Positions 1 through 12,463 of a stretch of 64,000 bases of DNA are shown in pieces (position 1 is the stretch's first letter; every line of letters starts with the position of its first letter). The notes beneath the pieces are model-generated. The model was given only the letters and a program-made list of their open reading frames with translations, ran no database searches and had not been told where the DNA came from. Position numbers and translations under genes: made by a program. Source of the DNA: Octopus sinensis (taxonomy: Eukaryota); contig NC_042998.1 in the NCBI RefSeq assembly GCF_006345805.1, positions 131,006,001 to 131,070,000 of the forward strand, given 5' to 3'.

Positions 1-549
1 TTATGAGAATTGAAGCTCCCCAAAGGTCAATCACAAAAAAGATAGATGGCATGTCAGACCTTGACTACTGGGGGGAGACTAAGAAGCTGAAATTGTATTC
101 ACTTCACTCCACGACGCGTGAACGCTACACTATCTGTATGATGTGGAAATATTCCATCAGCACTGTCCGAATGATGTTGGCATCACCTTCAAATGCATCC
201 AAGGCTTGGACCACACGTGCCATCCGTCCACAACAAAAATCTAAATCGCATCACATAACGACAATACGGGCACACTATTTCACTCAATTGGACCCGCTCT
301 CTTCAACATTACACCAGGACACGTCAAAAAGAAACTGACCACACAAAATCAAGAAGTCTTTGGACAAATTCCTTCAACAGTACCGGACAAACCACCCACA
401 CCCGGATATGTCTCCGCAACAAAACCAACTCTCTGCTCGAATGGGCCTTGGTGCCCAATCCTGAACTGAAAGACTTCGCCAGGTGGTGCTATTAAGTTAG
501 ACATGGCCTGCCAATACTGGCCAAAACCTTTCTAAGTTATTCTAAGTTA
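1..549 (+). mobile_element. 3' end of an L2/CR1-group LINE (decayed ORF2 C-terminus, 3' UTR, short tandem tail)
   Basis: ORF 3-338 contains LDYWGETKKLKLYSLHSTTRERYTICMMWK, resembling the LxYWERLxxLxLYSLxRRRERY post-RT motif of CR1/L2-group LINEs. It ends in TTCTAAGTTA x2 (530-549) next to a (TA)n tract. Confidence 0.75.
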
Positions 550-559
550 TATATATATG

Positions 560-592
<33 letters not shown>

Positions 593-1210
593 GTATATAT
601 AATATATATATATATATTCATATATATTTGTATGTATGTATATACGCACAGAAGACAAGTACATATGTAGATATTATACACACGTGTGAGTAGGTGTGCA
701 ATTATGCGTTTGTTCGCGTGAGATTGGAAACATGGAAGCATGCGTGTCGGAACTGTGAATGTCTTCTTTGACACTCAGAAAAACGTATGTGTGAGAAAAA
801 AAGAATTACAATGAATAGGGCTCGTGATTGTGAGAACAGGCTTTCAAACATGGAACAACTGAGACTGCAATGGGTAATGCCACAAAGAAAAAGGAGTAGA
901 TACGGACACACGAAGATTGGCTTGATTTAATTTAATCAGGTTAGTTTGCCATTAAACAGCAGATGAAACGGTGCATCGTATAAGAAATTACAGGGTAAAT
1001 GTTTTTTAAATTTTCTCCTGTTTACGGAATTGATTTTTATTTGCGGTTGAAGCTTTGGCTGTTATTTCTAGTGGGTGAATGGCCTATTATGGCCGTTCCT
1101 TGATTGTTGATGTTGAACTTAAAAATGGTCTATGACTATTTAATCCTTTCCCACTAGGCCGCTGGTGGCAAAAAAATTCTACAAAATTTTTTTTGGCACC
1201 CTATATTGAT

Positions 1211-1267
<57 letters not shown>

Positions 1268-2980
1268 TATACACACACATTTAATCTCTCCATCTATATA
1301 TATATATATATGTGTGTGTGCGTATTTGTCTGTGTGTGTATGTACGTATGTGTAAGTATATGCATAATTCTAATTGACCATCTCTCTATCGTTCATAATC
1401 TGAACTTTAAAAGTCACTCAGCAACTTTCTACCTGTCTATGTGTGTACATGTGTATTCCTTTATAATAATATGTACATATTTTTCACTTCTGTCTACAAG
1501 ATAGGAGCTTCTTTTCACTATAGTAATAAAGTTCAACTGTTGAAATTATTATGAGGGAAACGATTTCAGAAAATTTTTGTAATTCTTATAAAATTTTACT
1601 GCTTATAAATTTTACTCCTTGTAAAATTTTACTGCGAGTTTGCTGGCAATTTCCTTTACCGGGAAATGCTAATTTTTGCAGAATGCAGCTTGAATATTTA
1701 CTTACATAGCCAAATGTACTATTTGTTATTGGTATAAATGTGAATTTCAAAGCAGTTGACCATAAATATTCTCCTTTACTGCGATTGAGGAAGAAATGTT
1801 CTTATTTGCCTGACAGCTGATCATCTATGAATGACATAATTGTTTTCCAGTTCAGTGGGATAAGACAACCAGAATGTTCCGGGCTCAATCTCCCAAAAAA
1901 GCAGCATTTCGAAAACAATAGCGCACCAAGAAATCGTGGGGACCGACATTCTAACGGAAACAAGGTCGATCCGGTTCCCTTACAGTGTCCGTAACGGATG
2001 GACAGAAACACTTGACAGGAGTTCATCATCTATAGATTTCTCTTGTAGTCTGCTCGCTGCGTAGTGAGTGTCCGCTTACTTGCTATACCTTCATCTCGCA
2101 GAAGTTTTCATGAGACTCTTCTACCTGCATTCTCTGTATTGATATACATGTACCTGGATACTTTCAGTATTATTGTTTATATATGGCGTTGTGTATTGTT
2201 TTGTCAACATTAATGCGTAATGGGAGATAGTACAATCGTTAAATTCCTGGGAAGTGGTCGATTGTGTATTGTATATATCCCACTGAAATGTACTCGTAAT
2301 CGACATTTTTACTTACCTTTTGTCCCTTTTGTTCATTATGTACCAGTTAGCCATATGAGTATGCAAATATTTTGGAAGTATATACATGTAAGCATGACAT
2401 ACATACCTCTCTCTTTAAAGTAGTCACACACACGCACACACATTCATTTCAGTTACACATACTCATACAAACAGGCATACATTCACATATATATTTGCAT
2501 ATTCTTATCAGATAACATTTCCTCATTCAAATGTATATTATGAGAATCAGGTAGTCAGACACACACACACACTGACATAGTTCAGCTTCAGTTCATACAT
2601 ATATACAAACATAGACATGGTCATATACGCCCTGACCTAAACATGAAGTTATCGAAACATACCTTCATGCGCTACGATATCTTGTCTATGTGATGTATTT
2701 ATCTGTTGGTCTGTAAGAGAGAGATTATAGCGATAAACTACAATTGACCTTATATCCTATCACACGCCTTTACAGGCCTCCATTGCATTACACCAAACCA
2801 AAACACGCACTGCCACCCACTATTGCAGAATATAACACCCCAGTCTAAACCGAGCTATTTCATACCATAGTGAAACATGTTTTTTTACTTCATTTACTCA
2901 TTCGACTAGGATGTGATAGGACTTACGCTCACGCACGCACGAATACACACACACACACACCCACACACACATATAATATA

Positions 2981-3043
<63 letters not shown>

Positions 3044-3053
3044 TATTATATAT

Positions 3054-3435
3054 CAGGCCATTGGCCTGGCAGTGTAATAAGAAGCTGGCTTATCAACGAC
3101 ATGGTTTCAGGTTCTGTTCCACTGCTTGACACTTTGAGTAAACGTGTCTTCTACAATACCCCAGAACCGAGCAAGATCTTGTGAGTGGATTTGATAGACA
3201 GAAAGTGAAATGAATCCAGTGTGCATGTGTGTATTCGCCTCCACCACATCATAATAACCGCTGTCGGTTTGTCAACGTCTCCATAGTAGCGGTTCGGGAA
3301 AAAGAGACCGACAGATTAAGCCTTGCGTTTAAACGCAAAAAAAGTACCGGAATCGACTCGTTCGACTAAAATCCTTCAGGGTGGTGCTCCAGCATGGCCG
3401 CAGTCCAATGACTGAAACAAGTAAAATGTAAACGA
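3054..3435 (+). mobile_element. tRNA-derived SINE, family A (bipartite, internal microsatellite spacer), degenerate near-full-length copy
   Basis: Head resembles the 4366-4530 copy (aagaagctggctt...gtgtcttctac...ttgtgagtggattt). The 3' half ends in ggtgctccagcatggccgcagtccaatgactgaaacaagtaaaa, the reverse complement of the family ends at 23981 and 24165. Confidence 0.8.
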
Positions 3436-3790
3436 TATATCTGGACATATGTTTATGTGTGTGTGTAATACCGGGAGATAGTTCTTGTTATTTCTTGCAG
3501 ATAGCATGAACATGAAGGGGCTCAATCGCTTGAGTTATTGTCATAGTGACATTTGATGTAATGATGTTGGTGACATGAAAGCATTGACTACGACGACGAT
3601 ATTGATGATGACGATGATGCAAATGACAACGGTGTACATCATACTGACATAACTCGTTTTAGTATTTGTTACATCGTGCGGTGTCATTGACGGCGGTAGT
3701 GGTAATGCTAGTTTTACAGGTTCCAATTTAGGCCGTCGTCTTAGTACATTTAATTGGTGTCGTAAGGGTTAATGTTGAGGATCGCGGGTG

Positions 3791-3836
3791 CAGCAGCGGT
3801 AGCAGCAGCAGCAGTAGCAGTAGCAGTAGCAGTAGC

Positions 3837-3876
<40 letters not shown>

Positions 3877-3930
3877 TATTAATGGTGGTGGCGGTAGTGG
3901 TGGTTATAGTGGTAATGGTGGCGGCGGCAC

Positions 3931-3962
<32 letters not shown>

Positions 3963-3976
3963 GTAGTAGTAGTAGT

Positions 3977-4023
<47 letters not shown>
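3791..4023. repeat. (AGC)n/(AGT)n trinucleotide microsatellite
   Basis: Directly visible. Confidence 0.95.
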
Positions 4024-4024
<1 letters not shown>

Positions 4025-4170
4025 GCATTTTGTACTTTAAATACTGTTCCTGTCAGGTAATGCTTTACATTTGCGTGTCATTTCCATTTTAGGAATCAAA
4101 GACACTTTAGATTTGAGGAACCTTGTCACCAAGATTACATAACTGCTAACTGATTTAGCATTTCACTAAT

Positions 4171-4215
<45 letters not shown>

Positions 4216-4240
4216 TAATATAATAATAATAATAATAATA
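4171..4240. repeat. (AAT)n microsatellite
   Basis: Directly visible. It accounts for the poly-Ile/poly-Tyr ORFs here. Confidence 0.95.
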
Positions 4241-4365
4241 TTCTGAAAATGAGAACTGCAAAACCCTGTGGGATGTAATGATGCAGTACGATCACCTGAC
4301 CAGACATAGGAAACCGAACATTGTTGTGGTGACCAAAAAGGAAGAACACGTATCAATATCGACAT

Positions 4366-4530
4366 GGCGTAGGCGTGGCTGTGAGGTAAGTAGCTTGCTT
4401 ACGAACCACATAGTTCCGGGTTCAGTCCCACTGCGTGGGACCTTGGGCAAGTGTCTTCTACTATAGCTTCGGGCCGACCAAAGCCTTGTGAGTGATTTAG
4501 TAGACGGAAACTGAAAGAAGCTCGTCGTAT
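4366..4530 (+). mobile_element. tRNA-derived SINE family A, 5' half
   Basis: A-box-like gtggctgtgaggtaag, B-box-like ggttcagtccc, then ccttgggcaagtgtcttctactatagc...gtagacggaaactgaaagaag and (TA)n. Confidence 0.85.
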
Positions 4531-4583
4531 ATGTATATATATATATATCTATATATATATATATATATATATAATATAAAATG

Positions 4584-5298
4584 TAATAAGGGTAGAAATT
4601 GATATTAATCAATTAAAACCAGTGGCCCAGCATATTAAAAGATCCGAAGATTAAAATATTTTTACATACAAAATTTAAAGGACTGACCACTCAAAAAGTG
4701 GACGGTCAACATGCTAGATATAGACGTCAAATCGCTATTTTCAACAAAGAATATGTTCTCAAATAAAAACTCAGCACAAAACCAAAGCATTAGAAATAAG
4801 CAAGACAAATGAAAATATACGAAATAAAAATGATTACCCATGTACTGAATCAGTTTCGATTATTAATATCCGCAAGGATAAACTTTAATCTCGTCAGCAT
4901 GGTCTGTCATATAGAAATAAATTTGCAGGACTAGATGCAAAAAGGTTTGACCGCAGTCTCGCATGCATGGAGTCCAACCGATTATATTTTTGTTTATCTT
5001 TCAAATGCCTTCAGTTTGGCGCGCTGAGATCGGAAAAACCGCCCTGCAGCTAATAAGTAGCAGCAGTCAATTTACCGGTTAGAGAACATATTTATTTAAT
5101 TTAAAATTTAATAAGGGTAGAAATTGATATTAATCAATTAAAACCAGTGGCCCAGCATATTAAAAAATCCGAAGATTAAAATATTTTTACATACAAAATT
5201 CAAAGGACTGACCACTCAAAAAGTGGACGGTCAAGATGCTAGATATAGACGTCAAATCGCTATTTTCCGATCTCAGCGCGCCAAAGTGAAGGCATTTG
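4584..5298 (-). mobile_element. Penelope-like pseudo-LTR structure with direct and inverted repeats
   Basis: About 158-bp direct repeat (4584-4741 and 5109-5266), 36-bp inverted repeat (5002-5037 and 5263-5298, 1 mismatch), enclosing a hammerhead motif. Confidence 0.65.
4838..4902 (-). ncRNA. Type I hammerhead ribozyme with canonical core
   Basis: Minus strand reads CCAUG-CUGACGA-GAUUA[AAGUU UAUCC UUGC GGAUA UUAA]UAAUC-GAAAC UGAUUCA GUA-CAUGG. Stem I is 5 bp, the core is complete, stem III is near-palindromic, the cleavage triplet is GUA. Confidence 0.85.
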
Positions 5299-5342
<44 letters not shown>

Positions 5343-5470
5343 TAAAAACGGTAAGATAACAAAAGAAAGAAAGAGACCTCAATATTATGTAAATAGAGGA
5401 AATTTATCTATAAAATAATATGTTACAATTATTCAATAGTCAAGATAAAACTCTGAGTTTTCAGATGGCC

Positions 5471-5533
5471 AGATAACCGAAGAGCTGGTGTTGTGGATTT
5501 CCACATCGGCATCCGAAACTCAGAGTTTTATCT
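5471..5533 (+). ncRNA. Hammerhead-like motif with CCGAAGA core, inside a 46-bp perfect inverted repeat
   Basis: AGAUAA-CCGAAGA-stem II-GAAAC UCAGA GUU-UUAUCU; stem I 6 bp. The base of stem II is imperfect (AUCC unpaired). Inverted repeat 5415-5460 / 5516-5561. Confidence 0.55.
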
Positions 5534-5558
5534 TGACTATTGAATAATTGTAACATAT

Positions 5559-5603
<45 letters not shown>

Positions 5604-5608
<5 letters not shown>

Positions 5609-5810
5609 ATCCAAACAAGAAAACAAAAGGACAACAACGCAAGGATGTGGAACAAATAAAGTATTATTGGACGCTCAGGAAAGAAGGGAAGAAGGAGGGT
5701 TTGACGTTTCAAGCGGAGCTCTTCGTCGGAAACATAGGAGAAAGAAAGATCCCGAGGTGGGAGGACAGAGGAAAAAACATTGCAGGTAGTATTCACGAGG
5801 TCACATACTA
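5604..5810 (-). mobile_element. PLE-type short repeat (family P3) with hammerhead motif at 5699-5733
   Basis: Homologous to 15278-15460. Minus strand reads GUUU-CCGACGA-A-GAGC UCC GCUU-GAAAC GUC-AAAC. Confidence 0.6.
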
Positions 5811-6029
5811 AAAAGACGGAAGTGGTAAAAAAGGAGGAAAATGCTTTTAAAAACAAGAGAGCTGAATCAAAGAAGGAATGGTAAAAAAGGTGTGCGAGAT
5901 GACAAGGGTGTGTGTGAGAGTGTGCGTGTGTGTGTATGGTGGACAATGGCTAGTACCAGGCAGTAGTAGAATTAAAGGAGCGGTGTGGGGGCACCCTAGC
6001 AAGTCAGAAAGGCAGGTCAGAAACAGCGA

Positions 6030-6528
6030 GGTATATGTGTGTGCGTGTATATGTATCGTGTGTGTGTTTTGTTGTAGTATGTGTGTGTGTACGTGTGCGT
6101 TTTTTTGTGTGTATGGCGAGTAACTGTGCTTAACTTAGTGCATGTGTTTGTGTGTGCTTATACGAGCGTGTGTGTGTATATATACGTATGTATAATTGTG
6201 TGCGTGTATGTATGGTTGTGTGCCGTATGGGATGTATGTGTGGGTTCATTTGTGTGTGTGTGCGTGTGCGTGTGTATGTATGTGCGTGTATGTGTGCGTT
6301 TGTATGTGTGTGTGTGTAAGCGTAAATGGATGTATATGCGTTTATCCGTGGGGTTGTAAGTTTCTTTTTGCGCGTGTGCGTGCGTATGTGTGCGCATGTG
6401 TTGGTGAGCGTATGTATGTGTGTGTCTGTGCTTATATGTGTGTACGTATGTGTATGTGTGCGTGCGCGTGGAGGTATATGTTGTGTGTATGTATGTGTGT
6501 CTGTGTGTATGTGAATTAGTGTGCGCAC

Positions 6529-6579
<51 letters not shown>

Positions 6580-6580
6580 A
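6030..6580. repeat. Decayed (TG)n low-complexity tract
   Basis: TG-dominated imperfect dinucleotide run; source of the CV/TH-rich ORFs. Confidence 0.9.
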
Positions 6581-7067
6581 TAAACTCTTGCAAGTGTAGA
6601 CTGCATGTTAGTGGAACATCATTGAGACAAGTGGAGATGTGTTAGCATCTCGAGACTGTATGCACGTCTGCTGGCAAGTAGGAAGCTGAATTTTGCATGC
6701 TGGAATTGCAGGTACTGGTACAATATTGTGTCGGCTCCAGCATTGTCTTCCTTAAAATATGCCAATTACTTTCACTAATTTGCATTGTCTACGTTGGCCA
6801 AAAGTTTCAGAAACCAGTAAAACTAGCATTACTACTATTGCTAGTAATGACACAACAGCGTTGGTGCGGACCAGATACGAAACAACAGCAACAACCTAAT
6901 GCACTAAAACCACAACTTTCACAAATTTTAAAATCATTTCCGATGTCTGCATAATTGTGTGACCTATTCAAATTCTACGAACACACCCATTCTTTTGCCT
7001 CTCATACTTATATGTGTGGTGTGTGTGTGTGTGAGTATGTTTTTGAATTTGCATGTATGTATGTATG

Positions 7068-7103
<36 letters not shown>

Positions 7104-8044
7104 ATATGTATAGGTGTGCCTATATTCATGAATAAGTACCTTCATATATACATAGATATATACATACATACATACATACATACATACATACATACATACT
7201 CTCTAACTGCTGATATTGTTTAACTTCTACTTTTCAATGGAAGAGACTTGTTTTTTAACTACAAACCGGCTCTTTCTCTATTTGTGACAAATTTAAAAAA
7301 AGATAAAACTAAGGAACTATACACACATAAATTTCAAGTCAAACACTAAGCTGTGACGAAAGTCTCATTAAGGTGTTTTGACTTTCAAAATCGATGGAAT
7401 TAACACCGAAGATATCACCTATATGCTAAGTAGTTTTCAGCAGCGCTATTTAACTATGAGTTATAAGGTAGAGTCAAAAACACTATACAGTGCAATTTGT
7501 ATAAAGACCAAAATAATTTTTAAATGTATATCAGCGATATAGGCAGTAATTAATACGGAAAGGTAATATTTATCCCCAATTAATCGAGGATGTTCTGTAT
7601 AGGTTGCTCTAACAACATGCACGTTTAAGTGGAGATAAATTTAACTCTCGAAATATTTGAAGTTATAAACAAGTAGACGTTATATCATACCTAAAGGAAA
7701 AAAAATTGTTAGTGGTATAATTCTGTTAAAACTTATGTATATAGCTGTCTCAATGTCAAACTTGAATCTATGTTTCAAAAAACTAGAAACGACACAGCTA
7801 ATTAAGAAATTACAATTTCACGCTACTGAATGAAATATGAAAATATGTAGAACATTCTAGACACTAAGTATGTGGTATATAAATATATACCTCTGTACAG
7901 ACATACAGGTATATGTATATATACGCATACAGAAGTCATCTCTTATACATCTATATATATATATATATATACATACATATATATACACATATATGTATAT
8001 GTATATATATATATGCACACACACACACGTACACAAACTCACAT

Positions 8045-8097
<53 letters not shown>

Positions 8098-8162
8098 CAT
8101 ATATATACACATATATGTATATGTATATATATACGCACACACACACATACACACACACACAC

Positions 8163-8220
<58 letters not shown>

Positions 8221-8250
8221 TGTGCATATATATGTATATATATGTTTAGT

Positions 8251-8996
8251 TTATTGCTGTCACATGCGTAATGCATATGTTTTGCTGAAGCGTTTTTAGG
8301 CTGCAGTATTTCGTCCAAGGCAAGTCCCATTAAGACTTCAAGTGTTGAAAATTACTTTATGCCTCAGAAACAGGCAAATGAAATAGCGCCGAAGGTGAAG
8401 GAAAATGATGGTTATCTATATTTCGCTGTTATTTCAGCTTGTTGGTCCTGCATGCTTAAGTCAACCTCAAATCGAACTCGAATTGCTGACCTGAGGTATA
8501 TGCAGCTAGAGTAAATTATATTTTCTGACGTGCAACTGCGCTTCACAAGTAAAATTTGAGTTAGAAACGGCCCTACTAGTGTGAACATTATTGATGTCAT
8601 ATTCTTTTTGTATGTGTTTTGTTTAAACGCTCTCAACTGGGGCATTTCGTCCAGTCAAAGTCCTTTTAAGACGTCGATTATTAAAAGAAAAACACCGTGT
8701 AATTCAAAGACAGGCGAAATGAATCACGCCGCAGATGAACGAGAACGGTGAATGTCGATATTTCTGTTTATACATCAAATCATCGATTCGGGTTCGTTTC
8801 GTGGGTGATTCGAAATAACAGCAAAATAGCGTCGTCCACTGTTGTCGTTCACCTACGGGGCGATTCGTTTAGCCTGGTTTTAAAGTATATAGCGTTTTTT
8901 TAACGCTCGATGTCTTGAAGAGACTTACCCTGTACGAAATGCCGCAGCCATGGGCAGAATCATCTAAACAAAACATTATATATGTGACGTCAATAA
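8251..8996. mobile_element. Old foldback/MITE-like element (8588-8996) plus a solo arm (8251-8495)
   Basis: Three diverged copies of a ~200-bp unit starting TTATTGNYGTCAYAT...TGTTTTG...ATTTCGT: plus strand at 8251 and 8588, minus strand from 8996. Confidence 0.55.
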
Positions 8997-9032
8997 AATT
9001 TTACACACACACACGCGCGCACGCACACACAC

Positions 9033-9067
<35 letters not shown>

Positions 9068-9254
9068 GACATGTGGAGTTTAGGTCAAGTTGACTCAAGC
9101 TACTAGGTATGCGTAGAATGTTCTCAAATAGGTGTGCCACAAGTTTGTACTAATTTTACCATTTGTTATGGAGCTAACTTTTAGATTGAATTAAATGAAA
9201 TCAAATGTCCTTGTCCTGCCTTGACTAATTGTTAGCCTTTCATCACTACATATG

Positions 9255-9300
<46 letters not shown>

Positions 9301-9426
9301 TGTGTGTGTATGTGTGCGTGTGTGTGTCTGTGTATGTGTGTGTTTGTGTGTTTGTGCGTGTGTTTACAGGCATACACATGCATACATACTTGCATACGTA
9401 TATACAATATATTTTCATACCTTCTA

Positions 9427-9491
<65 letters not shown>

Positions 9492-11188
9492 GATATGTAC
9501 TTATAAAGAAAGAATTTTGAAGAGAAAAACCAACCGAAACATAGTGGGTAGAGGAATAGCACAAGGAGAAATTTTGAGAATGTAAAGGAATATAAATGTT
9601 TGGTGGAAGGATTTTACACGCGATGTCCTTCGGAAGTAAGCAGCTAAATTGCTGTTAAGAAGATATATGCTCTAGGTAGCAGTCACACATTATTAGTGTG
9701 AGAGTGCTTAAATTTCTACCGTTTGTCTCAGATCAGTTTTCAATAAGTAGATCAAAGGAGTTTCCGTCAAGACCATCCCATTACAAAGACACAATATATC
9801 CAGTACAAAATTTTCCAATTTGATCCAGCAACCATTTTTCATTGCTGTAGTATGTGATTTGAAAGAGTTTTAACAGCTGTTTCTAGTAAATCGATTGACC
9901 ATGTAGAAATTCTGTAACTGATAAGTGCATTTTCTCTTTAATTTTCGTTGGACATATTTCTTAATATGATTTTAATAAGAAGAACTGAGTCTTGAATCCT
10001 AAATCGTGAAAAGATGTTCAGTAATAAATATAGGATTATCATAATAGGAACCTTGATCAATGCTGGAGTTTGGCTAATTTCATAACCCATTTGGTTGTGG
10101 AATTACTACTGAGGATTTAAATATATGTTGTGTAGTGTATCAGTATATCCGACTAAAATCTAAAGAAAAGAGGCACGAGCTTAAAATGTACAAGTCAACC
10201 AAACTCACTTAATTTCTGCGCTGATACTACTGCTTACAGTAAGTAGGTACACATAGAACAAAATACTTACTGTGAAGCAAACTTGAACGTCAGGACTCGA
10301 ATATATTTAGGTTATGGTCATACGACTAACGTTGAACAGGATATATAAACCTGATAATTCCGGTCTTTATCGATTCTTTCATCAACGGCTGTCATTTAAT
10401 CTCAGCGCCCTCAACAACAATCCCATGTTTCAGGCATGCTAACTTAACATATTCATCGAATGAGATCTACTGATTGCTTGTAGGCATTTATACAGCTACA
10501 TATGTGCCATCTGCCTACAAAACAAATGTAACTGGATTAACACAAGTGTTAAAAGCACGATACCATAGTTAAATTCTACAGCCCTATGTCATCATCTAAA
10601 CGTTAGCCGTTATTTGCGAGTGAGTCTTCACTTGTCGCATGCACCATGCTTTCAGTGATTGATTTAGAAGTCTATGTTGTCGCCACCAGATTTAGACATT
10701 CTGTCGACTATCCTACCATTGACTCGAACAAGTGACAAAAGGAGAACGGATTTCATCAAGAAATCCTTTGGTGCGCTATGTTTTGCTGAGCAGAAAGGAG
10801 CAACATGAATTGATGCGCCTTGCTATGGACACAGCAACGCACCCAGTCCAGCAATCGAAGTTACCAACGTATGATCGTGTGTCGGATGCCTTAAAAACTA
10901 GGCCATGCGTTTCGTAATATTTTTAATGGTAGCAACATCTGATAAATCTGAAATTCGTGACTCGAAGACGGTATTTTGCGTCGTTTAGGCTTACGATCAA
11001 AAAAGTTCCGACAATGAACATTCCGTCTTTTGTTTAAACAGGATTGTAAATTGAGAAATATTTGGCTAATATATTTAGGAGGTCGAGTAACAATGTCGAG
11101 GCTTTCTCGTTGTTCAGGTATGTGTATGTGTATCTAGGTGTGTGTATGTCTACCTTTGGTTTGCGAATGTATGTATGAGAGCATATGT

Positions 11189-11223
<35 letters not shown>

Positions 11224-11764
11224 ACAGAGAGTTTATAAAAGTAAGTTAATTGAGTGACATATCAAACTATACGCTCAAAAGTTGTAAGTTCAAACAGACA
11301 GCAGGTGATTTGTCTCTGAAATAAGTTGTCGGGCGTAGGCAAGAGAATCTCCTGGAAAAGGTCAAATACCTATTGATACTACATCTGATGATCACGAAAG
11401 GTCAAGTCATTGTCTATTTATCACTAAAGCGAATGGGATATACAATGTGTTTATTATTCACATCTTTATTGTTTAATTATTTGTATCAAATTCTTTCTTA
11501 ACACTCCTGTGATCTATTTTCGCTGTCTTTTTTTAGTCAGTTCTTTGTGTTCGCCTACACAAACACACACACACACACACATTAATTTCTATAAAAGAAT
11601 CTCGTGTTGACTGGCACTTAGAGCTTCGCCTCACCACTTATTCAACTAGTCTGGTTGAATAATCCGTCAGACGACAATTTATGTCCTACGCATGACAAAT
11701 TTCATAAAAAAGATTATTACTCTAATCTCAGTATTGAGCATTTCCACCAGTAAATGTCGTGTTG

Positions 11765-11940
11765 ATCATGCTGGCGCACCGTCTTTTAAGGTTTTTTGTC
11801 CAATGAATCGATCCCGTCCTTTTTTTTATAAACCTTGCATTTATTCTATTGGTCTCTTTTACTGAACCGCTAGATTACGGTGACGTAAATACATCAACAG
11901 CGGTTTTAAAGAGGTGGCAGGGGATAACATAAACTTAAAA
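11765..11940 (-). mobile_element. SINE family A, degenerate 3' half
   Basis: catgctggcgcacc...ttattctattggtctcttttactgaaccgctagattacggtgacgtaaa matches the family 3' half. Confidence 0.7.
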
Positions 11941-11966
11941 ACATGGTGTGTGTGTGTATATATATA

Positions 11967-12012
<46 letters not shown>

Positions 12013-12463
12013 GAAATAGGTTTCAAAGAAAAAGACTACACGTGGTATAAATAGGGGGAAAGTAAAAAGAAGACAAAGAAAATGTACATTAGATATTAAA
12101 AAAAATAACGGCATTTTTTAAGAAAAGCAAGGATATATACATACAATTAGATGATTTGATGTGGAATTATGAAGTATAAAAATCCTTATTATGAATCATT
12201 ATTGAGATTCAAAGTCATACCGGTATCGTCAGAAGCTGATCACTGACTTTAAATGAACAGCGATTTCCAAACGGTGTTGGGTCTAATAGTACCTGAGAGA
12301 AAAGATTACATGCAAGGGAGTTAAGCAGTTCTGAAAGTGATGCAATTAAAGTAGATATAAATTCTGGAATTTGAATGGTGTATGGGATGTATGGAGATTA
12401 GTGGGATTATTGGTAAGGTTAGTAGTGTCATGTTGAGCTGTGGATGATACTTATTAATGAAAG

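Noticed and set aside
721-810. MRVGTVNV, resembling the start of an RTE-type APE endonuclease
   Set aside because: Only about 7 residues match and nothing follows.
11385-11403. CUGAUGA-UCAC-GAAAG-GUC hammerhead-like string
   Set aside because: Stems I, II and III cannot form; probably chance.
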